64,000 bases of DNA from Mycobacterium sp. (GTDB lineage: Bacteria > Actinomycetota > Actinomycetes > Mycobacteriales > Mycobacteriaceae). The DNA lies in assembly GCA_021732005.1 (NCBI GenBank), contig JAKFVT010000043.1:606-64605 (forward strand), in the 5' to 3' direction. Position 1 is the stretch's first letter, and the number at the start of each line of letters is the position of its first letter. The position numbers and the translations under genes were made by a program. Below are positions 39,975 to 50,349 of the stretch, piece by piece. The notes under the pieces are model-generated. The model was not told where the DNA came from, made no database searches, and worked only from the letters and a program-made list of their open reading frames with translations.

Positions 39975-41240
39975 CTACTCGCGGCGCAGCCGCGACTCGA
40001 CGAAGCGCTCGATCTCGTCCCACTCCTTGACCGCGGCCGTGTACGGGCCGGCTGGCCGGGAGTTCTCCTCGGGATCGAGCACGTAGTCGACGAGCTTGCC
40101 CAGCAGCCGGTCCTCGGCCAGCAGCTTGTCGACGGTCTCCTCCTCGGAGTACTCACCGACATCGCGCACCAGCTCGACCGCCAGCTCCAGCTGGTCGTGG
40201 TCGACCGCGTCGGGACCGTCGGCGATGTCGTCCGACAGCCCGGTCAGCACGTAGATGTTGTCCTCGGTGACGTCGACCCGCAGCGATCCGTCGGTGGCCG
40301 CGGTCCGGATGTCGTCGTAGGTGCTCAAATCCGACAGGTCGTGGTCGTGCTCGTCGGCGAGGTAGCGGGCCAGCGCACGCTCGGAGGTGAAGACGCTGAT
40401 CCGGCCGTTGCGGCCGAGGAAGATCGGCCGGTCGTCGAAGTAGCAGCGCAGCGTGTAGAACGTTCCCGAGCTGGCCTGGATGCGCACCGGGTCGATGCCG
40501 ACCTCGGCCCAGAAGTCCTCCTGGCCGCCGAGCACGACGCCGTCCTGCGGTGCCAGCTCCTCGGCCTCGTCCGCCGTCGAATCGTCATCACCGGAATCTT
40601 CGGCGTCCGCCTCGGCGTCGGCCGACTCGTCGATCTCTTCCTCGTACGGCTCCTCGAGCTCGTCGGCGGCCAGCTTGGCGGCCCGCTCGTCGACCTCGGG
40701 CACGGTGATGACTTCGTCGATCGCCGACAGCACGCTGTCCCAGCCGCGGGCGACGATGTCGCCGACGACGCCCCAGCGCTTGAGCCCGGGCTTGCCGCTG
40801 AACTGCTCGTAGCCGCCGGAGAGCAGGCCGAGGTTGGGGTTGCCGTTGAAGAACCGGGTCACGGCGGGCAGCTCACACACCGAACCGATGGAGGAGACGA
40901 CGGCCATCGTGTTGGCCAGTGCGGTCACCGCTTCTTCGGTGGGCTTCTCCGACAGCAGCTCCTCGACCACCACCAGGTCGACCTCGCGGTCTGCCGCCGG
41001 CTTCAGCTTGTGAGCGTTGGCCTGGGTCAGGTCCTCCCACGCGGGGTGATCGGTGAGGTCGTTGTCGGTGTTCGTGCGCACGAACGCGGCCAGGTCCGCG
41101 ACTGACTCGAAGGCGAACAGGTCGTCGTCCTTGCCGAGAAACGCCTCCCACTCGTCAGCGCCTTCGCGCCACCGGGGCGCCCACAGCGTGTACAGGTCAC
41201 CAGCGGTCACGCCCACGCGCACCGGAACGAGCTCAGCCAT
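39975..41240 (-). CDS. Conserved acidic mycobacterial protein (Rv3311-like)
   Basis: DLYTLWAPRWR..DEWEAFLG, IDPVRI, YTLRCY, synteny; TAGGCT -10 seven nt before the ATG. Confidence 0.85.
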   Translation of the reverse strand: MAELVPVRVGVTAGDLYTLWAPRWREGADEWEAFLGKDDDLFAFESVADLAAFVRTNTDNDLTDHPAWEDLTQANAHKLKPAADREVDLVVVEELLSEKPTEEAVTALANTMAVVSSIGSVCELPAVTRFFNGNPNLGLLSGGYEQFSGKPGLKRWGVVGDIVARGWDSVLSAIDEVITVPEVDERAAKLAADELEEPYEEEIDESADAEADAEDSGDDDSTADEAEELAPQDGVVLGGQEDFWAEVGIDPVRIQASSGTFYTLRCYFDDRPIFLGRNGRISVFTSERALARYLADEHDHDLSDLSTYDDIRTAATDGSLRVDVTEDNIYVLTGLSDDIADGPDAVDHDQLELAVELVRDVGEYSEEETVDKLLAEDRLLGKLVDYVLDPEENSRPAGPYTAAVKEWDEIERFVESRLRRE

Positions 41241-41260
41241 GCCGCACAGCCTAACGACGC

Positions 41261-41857
41261 TTGCTGGCGGGTAGCCTCCCCCCCGTGGGGAGGGCGCATC
41301 GCGCACTGGCGATTCTGACGGCTGTCGGCGTGTGTGTCGCCGGCATCCTGGCCGTCACGGGGTACCTCTTGTTCACCCGTCCGCACGGGGACCCGTTGTC
41401 CAAAGCCGACGCGATCGTCGTGCTCGGCGGTGAGAACGACGGCCGCCTCGAGTACGGCCTGAGCCTGGCCAGACAGGGCTACGCCAGCACGGTGGTGCTG
41501 TCCAATTCTTACGCGGACAAACCCGCCGATCTGCCGGACTTCCAGAGAGCGTGCGCATCGGGTTCGCCGACGGTCACCGTCCTGTGTTTCGTACCCGACC
41601 CGTTCACCACTCGCGGTGAGGCGATGTACGTGGCTCGGCTTGCGAAGCAGCACAACTGGAACCACGTGATCGTGGTCTCGTGGAATTACCACGCGGTGCG
41701 CGCCCGCTACGTCTTTCACCAGTGCTTCACCGGCGACGTCACCGTGCATCCGGTGCCACGGTCCTATGACTTCACGCCGTGGCGCTGGGCCCTGGAGTAC
41801 GCCTACCAATACGGCGCGTTGATGAAGGCGTTCGCGGTCGGCTGCGATTCGGCCTGA
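41261..41857 (+). CDS. YdcF/DUF218 family protein
   Basis: N-terminal [26 protein letters not shown]. Start uncertain. Confidence 0.8.
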   Translation: MLAGSLPPVGRAHRALAILTAVGVCVAGILAVTGYLLFTRPHGDPLSKADAIVVLGGENDGRLEYGLSLARQGYASTVVLSNSYADKPADLPDFQRACASGSPTVTVLCFVPDPFTTRGEAMYVARLAKQHNWNHVIVVSWNYHAVRARYVFHQCFTGDVTVHPVPRSYDFTPWRWALEYAYQYGALMKAFAVGCDSA

Positions 41858-41879
41858 GACCTCACTACAGTCTCTGCGC

Positions 41880-42503
41880 ATGGATGTGTGCGTCATCGAC
41901 CACCCGCTGGCCAGAGCGCGGCTGACCACTCTGCGTGACGAGCGCACCGACAACGCGGCCTTCCGGTCCGCACTCCGCGACCTGACCCACATGCTGGTCT
42001 ACGAGGCCACCCGCGACGCGGCGTGCACCGAGATCACGGTTCGCACTCCGATCACCGAAACCGCGGGGTCGCGGCTGGCCTCCCCGCCGCTGCTGGTGCC
42101 GGTCCTGCGGGCGGGGCTGGGGATGGTCGACCAGGCTCACGCACTGATCCCCGAAGCGAAGGTGGGTTTCGTCGGGGTGGCCCGAAACGAGACCACGCAT
42201 CAACCAACGCCCTACCTGGAGTCGCTGCCCGACGACCTGAGCGCCCAACCGGTCATGGTGCTCGACCCGATGCTGGCGACCGGGGGTTCGATGGCCCACA
42301 CCATCGGGCTGCTGCGCCAGCGGGGCGCGCGCGACATCACCCTGGTGTGTGTGGTCTGCGCACCGGAAGGCATTGCGGCGGTGGAGCAGGTCGCCCCGTC
42401 CGCGCGTCTGTTCACCGCGACCATCGACGACGGCCTCAACGACGCCGCCTACATCGTGCCGGGCCTCGGCGACGCCGGTGACCGCCAGTTCGGGCCGCGC
42501 TGA
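41880..42503 (+). CDS. upp: Uracil phosphoribosyltransferase
   Basis: [33 protein letters not shown]. Confidence 0.97.
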   Translation: MDVCVIDHPLARARLTTLRDERTDNAAFRSALRDLTHMLVYEATRDAACTEITVRTPITETAGSRLASPPLLVPVLRAGLGMVDQAHALIPEAKVGFVGVARNETTHQPTPYLESLPDDLSAQPVMVLDPMLATGGSMAHTIGLLRQRGARDITLVCVVCAPEGIAAVEQVAPSARLFTATIDDGLNDAAYIVPGLGDAGDRQFGPR

Positions 42504-44096
42504 CTACCAGTTCTGCGCGCTCGCCAGCAGCTGCCGCTGCACCGCTGCCGCGCGCTCGCGGGCCCCGGCCAGGTCGGCACCGACGGCCACGGCGACTTCG
42601 GTGTAGCACTTGACTTTCGGCTCGGTACCCGAGGGGCGAACCACCGCCCGCACCGTGGTCTGTTGATCGCCGCCGGTGAGGAACACCGCGTCTGCGTCCG
42701 CCCTGGCGGTGACCGGAAAGCCGGCGAGTTCGGTGGGCGGGTCGGTGCGTAACCGCGTCATCATCGCCGCCGCCTCGTCGGCGTCGGCCACCCGCCGCGA
42801 CAATCCAGCCGTGGTGTGCACGCCGTGGCGCAGCGCGAGCCGGTCGAGGGCGTCGGCGATCGAAATTCCTTGGGCGGCAATGTGTGCCACCAGATCGCAG
42901 ACGAGCACCGCGGCACTGATACCGTCCTTGTCTCGGACGGCGGCCGGGTCGACGCAATGGCCGATGGCTTCCTCGTAGGCGTAGACCAGGCTGCACCCGG
43001 TCAGCTCGGCGTCGGCACGGGCAAGCCATTTGAACCCGGTCAGCGTCACGACGTGGCGGGCACCGTACTCGGCGGCGATCGTGCCGAGCAGCTGGGACGA
43101 CACCACACTGTTGGCCACCACGCTGGTCGCGGCATGTGAGGTGTCGAGGGTTGACAGGATGTAATCGCCCAGCAGCCAACCTGTTTCGTCGCCGGACAGC
43201 ATTCGCCAGCCATCGGGGACGGGAATGCCGACGGCGCAACGGTCGGCATCGGGATCCAGCGCGATGGCGACGTCGGCGCCGATCTCGTCGGCCAGCTGCA
43301 GCAGCGCGTCGGCCGCGCCCGGCTCCTCGGGGTTGGGGAAGGCGACCGTCGGAAAGTCCGGATCCGGCGCGAATTGGCTTGCCACCGTGTGCACATCGTC
43401 GAATCCGGCCGTGTGCAGGGTGCGCAGCGCGAGCTCACCGCCGACGCCGTGCATGGCTGTCAACGCCACTCGCGGATTGCCGTGGCCGCCCCGTCGCACC
43501 GTCGCCGCGCGGGCTACGTACGCGTCGATCAGCGTGTCGTCGTCAGCGTGGACGCGCCGCCGCGGGATCTCGTCGGCGGGCGGGGCTGTGGTGATCGCCG
43601 CTTCGATCTCCCGGTCGGTGGGGGAGACGATCTGCAGCCCGCCGTCGAAGTAGACCTTGTAGCCGTTGTCGGTCCGCGGATTGTGTGAGGCGGTGACCTG
43701 CACCCCGGCGGCGGCCCCGGTGCGCCGGACCGCGAACGCGACGACCGGGGTCGGCACCGGATTGTCCCAGGTGATCACCGAAAACCCCTGAGCGGCAAAC
43801 ACTTCGGCGACGGCGACGGCGAACTGCGCCGATCCGTGCCGGGCGTCTCGGCCCACCACGACGGCCGAACCACCGAGGCCGCGCGCGGTCAGCACGCGGC
43901 TCACCGCCCAGGTGGCACGCATCACGACGGCGAGGTTCATCGAATCCGGGCCGCCGCGTACCGGGCCACGCAGACCCGCGGTGCCGAACGTCAGCGGCCG
44001 GGCGAACCGGGCGGCACGTTCGTCGGGATCCAGGGCGGCCAGCTCGGCGGCCGTGACCGGATCGGGGTCGTGGGCGATCCAGTCCTCTTCAGTCAC
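42504..44096 (-). CDS. Phospho-sugar mutase (PmmB/Rv3308-like)
   Basis: FGTAGLRG, TASHNP, DPDADR, YEEAIG, RPSGTEPK. Confidence 0.92.
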   Translation of the reverse strand: MTEEDWIAHDPDPVTAAELAALDPDERAARFARPLTFGTAGLRGPVRGGPDSMNLAVVMRATWAVSRVLTARGLGGSAVVVGRDARHGSAQFAVAVAEVFAAQGFSVITWDNPVPTPVVAFAVRRTGAAAGVQVTASHNPRTDNGYKVYFDGGLQIVSPTDREIEAAITTAPPADEIPRRRVHADDDTLIDAYVARAATVRRGGHGNPRVALTAMHGVGGELALRTLHTAGFDDVHTVASQFAPDPDFPTVAFPNPEEPGAADALLQLADEIGADVAIALDPDADRCAVGIPVPDGWRMLSGDETGWLLGDYILSTLDTSHAATSVVANSVVSSQLLGTIAAEYGARHVVTLTGFKWLARADAELTGCSLVYAYEEAIGHCVDPAAVRDKDGISAAVLVCDLVAHIAAQGISIADALDRLALRHGVHTTAGLSRRVADADEAAAMMTRLRTDPPTELAGFPVTARADADAVFLTGGDQQTTVRAVVRPSGTEPKVKCYTEVAVAVGADLAGARERAAAVQRQLLASAQNW

Positions 44097-44551
44097 GGCA
44101 CCGATTGTGCCCCGAGGTCGGCGTCGGCGAGCTTGCGCAGTACCGGCGCGGTGAGCATCAGCAGATTGAACTCCAACTCGGAGAGATGGCCGCGCATCGT
44201 GTCCTGCAGCCAGGCGTCGCGCTGAGCCCGGTCACGCAACAGCAGCTCCGATCCTTCCCCGGTGAGCTCGATGAGCTGACGGCGACGGTCTGCGTCATCC
44301 GGGCGGCGGGACAGCAATCCGCGCGACTCGAGCTCGTTGATGCTGTCGGTCAGTGACTGGACCCGAACCTGCAGCCGGCCGGCGATCTCGGCCGGCGTCG
44401 TCACCCCCGCGCGGCTCACGTCGCCGAGAAGTTCGAGCTGGCTGAGCGTCAGCCCGTTGTCGGGGCGGTGCCGGCGAAGCTGACGGGCCAGCGCCATCAT
44501 GGCCTCCCGCAGTTCGGTGGCCGCTTCCGACGGTGCGATGCTCACGGTCAT
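44093..44551 (-). CDS. MarR family transcriptional regulator
   Basis: LTLSQLELL, LESRGLLSRRPDDADRRRQLIELT. Confidence 0.9.
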   Translation of the reverse strand: MTVSIAPSEAATELREAMMALARQLRRHRPDNGLTLSQLELLGDVSRAGVTTPAEIAGRLQVRVQSLTDSINELESRGLLSRRPDDADRRRQLIELTGEGSELLLRDRAQRDAWLQDTMRGHLSELEFNLLMLTAPVLRKLADADLGAQSVP

Positions 44552-44553
44552 AT

Positions 44554-44634
44554 TACAAGTTATACCTTGTTAGTTGGTGAGCAATCTCGCGTGAAGCGCA
44601 GGTGGTGACTGTTCAGATACAAGGGCATACTTGT
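44554..44634. promoter_or_regulatory. Two candidate MarR operators, TACAAG-N6-CTTGT
   Basis: TACAAGTTATACCTTGT at 44554-44570 and TACAAGGGCATACTTGT at 44618-44634, each next to one of the divergent start codons. Confidence 0.75.
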
Positions 44635-44638
44635 CATC

Positions 44639-45751
44639 ATGCGGTGGATGTTGCTGGTGGTCGTCACGATCGGGGTCACCGTGCCGCTGGATCGCCTCGG
44701 CGTCCCGTCCGCGGCACTGTTCGCCGCCCTGCTGGTCGGCATCGTGCTGGCGATCGCCCGGTTGGCGCCCGCGAGCGTGCCTCGCCGCGCGGGCCTGGCC
44801 GCCCAGGGTGTGCTCGGGGTCTACATCGGCACCATGGTGCATTCCGACGCGCTCTCGGCCCTGGGGCCGAACTGGCCGGCGGTCCTCGGCGTCGGCGTGA
44901 TCACGCTGCTCCTCAGCATCGGCGCCGGCGCACTGCTCGGCCTGCACCGTGACATCAGCGCTCTGACCGGCGCGCTTGCCCTCGTCGCAGGCGGCGCGTC
45001 CGGACTGGTTGCGATCGCGCGCGAACTCGGCGGGGATGATCGTGTCGTCGCCGTCGTCCAGTACCTGCGCGTTGCGGTGATCACCGCGTCGATGCCCGTC
45101 GTCGTCACCCTCGTGTATCACGCCGAACGGTCGGCCACTGCCGTGCAGGCCAGCCAATCCCATTCAGCGCCTTGGTATCTGAGCCTGGCGATGATCGTTG
45201 CGCTGGTGGTCGTCGGAGCGGTGGCCGGCCGGTTGGCCCGGCTGCCCGGATCGGGTCTGCTCGGTCCGATGGCGCTGACGATCGTGGCCGAACTCGGTGG
45301 GGTGTCGTTCGGGCTTGCCGTGCCTGCGGTGCTGGTGTCGGTGTCCTACATGCTGATCGGCTGGCAGGCCGGGGTGGCGTTCACCCGTGAATCGCTGCGG
45401 GCGATCGAACGCCTGCTGCCGACCGCGCTCGGACTGATCGTGTTGCTCAACGTCGCCACCGCGGGCCTTGGTGTGGCGCTGTCGAAGATCACCGGCGTCA
45501 GCCTTCTCGACGGCTATCTGGCCACCAGTCCGGGCGGCATCTACGCCGTGCTGGCCACGGCGGTGGAGACCGGCTCCAACGTCACGTTCATCATCGCCGC
45601 GCAGGTACTGCGGGTCTTGCTGATGTTGTTCGCCGCACCGATGCTGGCCCGCGGATTCGTGCGGCTGGCCTACAGGCGCGCCAGTACCGAGGCCAACAGC
45701 GAGCCCATCGCGGTGGCCGACGCGCGGCCGGCGGCCAGAACCTCGTCGTGA
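44639..45751 (+). CDS. AbrB-family (duplicated) membrane protein
   Basis: [21 protein letters not shown] and second-half SPGG, AQVLR. Confidence 0.85.
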   Translation: MRWMLLVVVTIGVTVPLDRLGVPSAALFAALLVGIVLAIARLAPASVPRRAGLAAQGVLGVYIGTMVHSDALSALGPNWPAVLGVGVITLLLSIGAGALLGLHRDISALTGALALVAGGASGLVAIARELGGDDRVVAVVQYLRVAVITASMPVVVTLVYHAERSATAVQASQSHSAPWYLSLAMIVALVVVGAVAGRLARLPGSGLLGPMALTIVAELGGVSFGLAVPAVLVSVSYMLIGWQAGVAFTRESLRAIERLLPTALGLIVLLNVATAGLGVALSKITGVSLLDGYLATSPGGIYAVLATAVETGSNVTFIIAAQVLRVLLMLFAAPMLARGFVRLAYRRASTEANSEPIAVADARPAARTSS

Positions 45752-46455
45752 CTGAGCGGCTCGCCGGTCATCCCGGCAGCCAGATTCGTCACCAGCGACA
45801 ATCCCAGCACCTCGGCGCCGGCCGCCCGCGCGGCGATGGTCTCGTGCACGGTCGACATCCCGACCAGGTCGGCACCGAGTGTGCGGAGCATGCGGATCTC
45901 GGCGGGCGTCTCGTAATGCGGACCGGGCACCCCGGCGTACACACCCTCGGCCAGGCTCGGGTCGACCTCGCGGGCCAGCGCACGCAGCCGCGGGGAGTAT
46001 GCGTCGACCAGGTCGACGAACTGCGCCCCGACCAGCGGTGAGCGAGCCGTGAGGTTCAGATGGTCGGCGATCAGCACCGGCTGGCCGACCTGATACTCGG
46101 GCCGGAGACCGCCTGCGGCGTTGGTCAACACCACAACCTGGGCGCCCGCAGCTCGGGCGGTCCGCACCGGATGGACAATCGTGCGCAGGTCATGACCCTC
46201 GTAGGCGTGAATGCGGCCCAGCAGCACCAGCACGTTGTGCGAACCCAACGGCACCGACAGCACCCGGCCGCGATGCCCCAACGCCGACGGCGGCGTGAAG
46301 CCGGGGATCGTCGCCATGGGGATCTCGGCGACGGGCGTCCCCAGCGCCGCGGCTGCGGGCGCCCACCCCGATCCGAGGACCACGGCGACGTCGTGCCGGG
46401 GTACGCCGCTGTGCTCGGCGATCACCGCTGCGGCGTGCTCGGCGTCTGGACTCAC
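45670..46455 (-). CDS. Purine-nucleoside phosphorylase (PNP type 2, Rv3307-like)
   Basis: [38 protein letters not shown]; TAGGCT -10 before GTG 46455. Confidence 0.93.
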   Translation of the reverse strand: MSPDAEHAAAVIAEHSGVPRHDVAVVLGSGWAPAAAALGTPVAEIPMATIPGFTPPSALGHRGRVLSVPLGSHNVLVLLGRIHAYEGHDLRTIVHPVRTARAAGAQVVVLTNAAGGLRPEYQVGQPVLIADHLNLTARSPLVGAQFVDLVDAYSPRLRALAREVDPSLAEGVYAGVPGPHYETPAEIRMLRTLGADLVGMSTVHETIAARAAGAEVLGLSLVTNLAAGMTGEPLSHDEVLAAGRASATAMGSLLASVLARL

Positions 46456-46492
46456 AGCCAGCGAGCCTAGTCGTGAATGCGATACTGCGTTG

Positions 46493-47680
46493 ATGCCAAC
46501 AGCCACAGCGTCGATCCGCGTCGAGGACGTGGTCGCGGCTCGTGGCGGCGAACTGATCGAACTTTCCCACGCCATCCACGCCGAGCCCGAACTCGCCTTC
46601 GACGAGCACCGCAGCTGCGCCAAGGCGCAGGCGCTGGTGGCCGAGCGCGGTTTCGAGATCCGCGCGGCGGCGGGCGGATTGGACACCGCGTTCCGCGCCG
46701 ATTTCGGGTCGGGCCCACTGGTGATCGGGATCTGCGCCGAATACGACGCGCTGCCCGGCATCGGCCACGCCTGCGGACACAACATCATCGCGGCGTCGGC
46801 GGTCGGCACCGCCCTGGCCCTGGCCGAGGTAGCCGACGAACTGGGGCTCACCGTCGCACTGATCGGTACGCCGGCCGAGGAGTCCGGCGGCGGCAAGGCT
46901 TTGCTGATCGAGGCCGGGGTGTTCGACGACGTCGCCGCGGCCGTCATGTTGCATCCCGGGCCGATCGACATCGCCGCCGCGCGCTCGCTGGCGCTGTCCG
47001 AGGTGATCGTCACCTACACCGGCCGGGAGTCCCACGCGGCCGTCGCGCCGCATCTGGGTGTCAACGCCGCCGACGCGGTGACCGTCGCGCAGGTGGCGAT
47101 CGGCTTGCTGCGCCAGCAGATGGCGCCCGGTCAGCTGACCCATGGCATCGTCACCGAGGGCGGGTCGGCCACGAACATCATCCCCGGCCGTGCCCGGCTG
47201 CAGTACACGATGCGGGCTCCTGCCACCGAATCGCTGCAGGAACTGGAGGCCAAGATGCGCGGCTGCTTCGCGGCGGGTGCGGTCGCGACCGGATGTGAAT
47301 ACGAGATCGCCGAAGCCGCCCCGCCGTACGCCGAGCTGACCCCGGATCGGTGGCTGGCCGAGGTGTTCCGCGACGAGATGATCACGATGGGCCGCAGCCC
47401 GGTCCCCGCCGAGGTGGAGGCCGCCATGCCGCTGGGGAGTACCGATATGGGCAATGTGACGCAACTCCTTCCGGGCATCCACCCGGTCGTCGGCATCGAA
47501 TCCGGCGGCGCAGTGATCCACCAGCCCGGCTTCACTGTCGCGGCCGCCGGCCCCAGCGGCGACCGTGCCGTCACCGAGGGTGCAATCATGTTGGCGCGCA
47601 CCGTCGTTCGGTTGGCCCAGACGTCTGCCGAGCGAGATCGGGTGTTGGAGCTGCGGGATCGGCGGGGGGCGCGGGCATGA
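46493..47680 (+). CDS. amiB1: M20 family amidohydrolase (AmiB1/Rv3306c-like)
   Basis: [41 protein letters not shown]. Confidence 0.85.
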   Translation: MPTATASIRVEDVVAARGGELIELSHAIHAEPELAFDEHRSCAKAQALVAERGFEIRAAAGGLDTAFRADFGSGPLVIGICAEYDALPGIGHACGHNIIAASAVGTALALAEVADELGLTVALIGTPAEESGGGKALLIEAGVFDDVAAAVMLHPGPIDIAAARSLALSEVIVTYTGRESHAAVAPHLGVNAADAVTVAQVAIGLLRQQMAPGQLTHGIVTEGGSATNIIPGRARLQYTMRAPATESLQELEAKMRGCFAAGAVATGCEYEIAEAAPPYAELTPDRWLAEVFRDEMITMGRSPVPAEVEAAMPLGSTDMGNVTQLLPGIHPVVGIESGGAVIHQPGFTVAAAGPSGDRAVTEGAIMLARTVVRLAQTSAERDRVLELRDRRGARA

Positions 47681-48846
47681 GCATCGCCGACACGACCGAG
47701 TCCTGGTTGGCCAGCCACTTCGACGATTTGGTGCAGTGGCGCCGCCACATCCACCGGTATCCGGAGCTCGGTCGCCAGGAGTTCGCCACCACGCAGTTCG
47801 TCGCCGACCGCCTGGTCGAGGCCGGGCTGAACCCGAAGGTGCTGCCCGGCGGGACGGGACTGACATGTGACTTCGGGCCCGAGCACGCGCCGCGGATCGC
47901 ATTGCGCGCGGACATGGACGCGCTGCCGATGGCTGAGCGCACCGGTGCGCCGTACAGCTCGACGATGCCGAACATCGCCCATGCGTGTGGGCACGACGCG
48001 CATACCGCGATGCTGATCGGCGCCGCGACCGCGCTGGCGTCGGTGCCCGAGCTGCCGGTGGGTGTCCGACTGATCTTTCAGGCTGCCGAGGAGCTGATGC
48101 CGGGCGGTGCGATCGACGCGATCGCCGCCGGCGCGCTGGTGGGGGTTTCCCGAATCTTCGCGCTGCACTGCGATCCCCGCCTCGCGGTCGGCCGCGTCGC
48201 GATCATTCCGGGACCGATCACGTCGGCGGCGGACTCGATCGAGATCACGCTGACGTCGCCGGGCGGCCACACGTCGCGGCCGCACCTGACCTCGGATCTG
48301 GTCTACGGGATGGGCACGCTGATCACCGGGCTGCCCGGGGTGCTGTCCCGGCGCGTCGACCCGCGGCACTCGACCGTCATGGTCTGGGGCGCGGCCAATG
48401 CCGGTGTCGCGGCCAACGCCATCCCGCAGTCCGGGACGTTGGCGGGCACCGTGCGGACCGCCAGCCGGGAAACCTGGGTCGGCATGGAAAGCCTTGTGCA
48501 GGAGATCGTTTCGGGACTCTTGGCCCCGCTGGGCATCGAGCACACGCTGCACTACCATCGCGGCGTGCCACCGGTGGTCAACGAGGAGCGCTCGACGCAG
48601 ATCATGACGCACGCCATCGAGGCGGTGGCGCCCGATGCACTCGCCGATACCCGTCAGTCCGGCGGCGGCGAGGACTTCTCCTGGTATCTGGAGGAGGTGC
48701 CCGGCGCGATGGCCAGGCTCGGCGTGTGGAGTGGCCGAGGACCGCAGCTGGACCTGCACCAGCCGACGTTCGACCTCGACGAGCGGGCCTTGGCCGTCGG
48801 TGTGCGGGTATTGGTCAACATCGTCGAGCAGTCGGCAGGGTTCTGA
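47677..48846 (+). CDS. amiA1: M20 family amidohydrolase (AmiA1/Rv3305c-like)
   Basis: [36 protein letters not shown]; ATGA overlap. Confidence 0.85.
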   Translation: MSIADTTESWLASHFDDLVQWRRHIHRYPELGRQEFATTQFVADRLVEAGLNPKVLPGGTGLTCDFGPEHAPRIALRADMDALPMAERTGAPYSSTMPNIAHACGHDAHTAMLIGAATALASVPELPVGVRLIFQAAEELMPGGAIDAIAAGALVGVSRIFALHCDPRLAVGRVAIIPGPITSAADSIEITLTSPGGHTSRPHLTSDLVYGMGTLITGLPGVLSRRVDPRHSTVMVWGAANAGVAANAIPQSGTLAGTVRTASRETWVGMESLVQEIVSGLLAPLGIEHTLHYHRGVPPVVNEERSTQIMTHAIEAVAPDALADTRQSGGGEDFSWYLEEVPGAMARLGVWSGRGPQLDLHQPTFDLDERALAVGVRVLVNIVEQSAGF

Positions 48847-49802
48847 TGAAGCTTCTGGTGACCGGCGGCGCCGGCTACGTCGGCAGCGTGTGCGCGGCGG
48901 TCCTTGTGGAGCAGGGACACGAGGTGGTCGTTGTCGACGACCTGTCGACCGGCAACGCCGACGCGGTGCCGGACGGCGCGAAGTTCGTCCAGGCCGACAT
49001 GGTCGACGCCGCGCCGGAACTGCTCGGTGACCGGTCGTTTGACGGCGTCCTGCACTTCGCCGCGAAATCGCTGGTGGGCGAATCGGTCGAGGCGCCCGAA
49101 CGGTACTGGAACGGCAACGTCATCAAGACCCTGCAACTGCTGGAGGCGATCCGCCTCGCCGGCGTGCCGCGGCTGGTGTTCTCCTCGACCGCGGCCACCT
49201 ACGGCCAGCCGGAGTCCGTGCCGATCACCGAGGACGCGCCGACCAAGCCGACCAATGCCTACGGCGCCACGAAACTGGCGATCGACCACGCGATCACGTC
49301 GTACGCCACCGCGCACGGGCTGGCCGCGACAAGCCTGCGCTACTTCAACGTCGCCGGTGCCTACTCCGGTTTCGGCGAACGGCACGCCACCGAGACGCAC
49401 CTGATTCCGCTGGTGTTGCAGGTGGTCACGGGTAAGCGGCCGGAGATCCTGGTGTTCGGCAACGACTGGCCGACGCCGGACGGCACCTGCATCCGCGACT
49501 ACATCCATGTTCGCGATCTCGCCGATGCTCACCTGCTGGCGCTGCAGACCGCGCGGCCGGGGGAGCATCGCATCTACAACTTGGGCAACGGCACCGGGTT
49601 CTCGGTTCGCGAGGTGATCGCCAGCTGCGAGCGGGTCACCGGCACGTCGATCGCGGCCCGTGACGTCGAACGCCGGGCGGGCGACCCGGCCGTACTCATC
49701 GCGTCAAGTGAGAAGGCCATCACCGAACTCGGCTGGAAGCCGCAGCACACCACGATCGACGAGATCGTCTCCGACGCTTGGGAATTCACCCGGTCGCGTT
49801 GA
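48846..49802 (+). CDS. galE: UDP-glucose 4-epimerase
   Basis: [24 protein letters not shown] (YxxxK), [16 protein letters not shown]. Confidence 0.9.
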   Translation: MKLLVTGGAGYVGSVCAAVLVEQGHEVVVVDDLSTGNADAVPDGAKFVQADMVDAAPELLGDRSFDGVLHFAAKSLVGESVEAPERYWNGNVIKTLQLLEAIRLAGVPRLVFSSTAATYGQPESVPITEDAPTKPTNAYGATKLAIDHAITSYATAHGLAATSLRYFNVAGAYSGFGERHATETHLIPLVLQVVTGKRPEILVFGNDWPTPDGTCIRDYIHVRDLADAHLLALQTARPGEHRIYNLGNGTGFSVREVIASCERVTGTSIAARDVERRAGDPAVLIASSEKAITELGWKPQHTTIDEIVSDAWEFTRSR

Positions 49803-49803
49803 C

Positions 49804-50286
49804 CTAGCCGCTGCCGTGCCCCGGGCCGACGTTGCTCGCGGGCCGGGTGCGCAGGTCGTGCACGTACTCGTCGGGCGCGCCGGCGATCTCGGCGGCGTCG
49901 GCCATCACACCGATGTAACGCGCCGACGGAAGCCCGCCCTCCCAGGCGTCCAGCACATACAGCCAGGCGAGTACGGGATCGGTTGTGGTGTCCGTCGATT
50001 CGCATTCGATGCGACATCTGATCTTCTTGTGGAAGCCGAGCTCGGAGCCTTCCCAGCGGTCCAGGTTCGCCTCGTCGGCGGGCGTCATGTCGTAGAGCAC
50101 CACGAACACCTTGGAGTCGGGGTCCTCGACCAGGGTCGCCAGCGCGCCTTCCCAGCCGATGTCCTCCCCGGCGAAGGTCAGCCGCCAGCCGTGCAGCCAG
50201 CCGGTTCCGGCCATCGGGGAGTGCGGCGCACGCTCCAGCATCTGCTCGGGATGCATGTTGGATCCATAAGCGGCGTAGAGCGGCAC
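49804..50286 (-). CDS. Gamma-glutamylcyclotransferase family protein (Rv3304-like)
   Basis: YAAYGSNM, LDRWEG; TAGGCT -10 six nt before the GTG. Confidence 0.9.
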   Translation of the reverse strand: MPLYAAYGSNMHPEQMLERAPHSPMAGTGWLHGWRLTFAGEDIGWEGALATLVEDPDSKVFVVLYDMTPADEANLDRWEGSELGFHKKIRCRIECESTDTTTDPVLAWLYVLDAWEGGLPSARYIGVMADAAEIAGAPDEYVHDLRTRPASNVGPGHGSG

Positions 50287-50349
50287 GGGGAAAGCCTAGA
50301 GCGTCCTGTCGCAGAGAGCGCAGGGACTGGGTCAACTAGCCTTATGCCC

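Noticed and set aside
45670-45751. Convergent 3' overlaps (AbrB/PNP 82 nt; also fadD/sdhB, DUF1269/nei, add/arsR)
   Set aside because: Short tail-to-tail overlaps are common in compact GC-rich genomes and are not evidence of a system.
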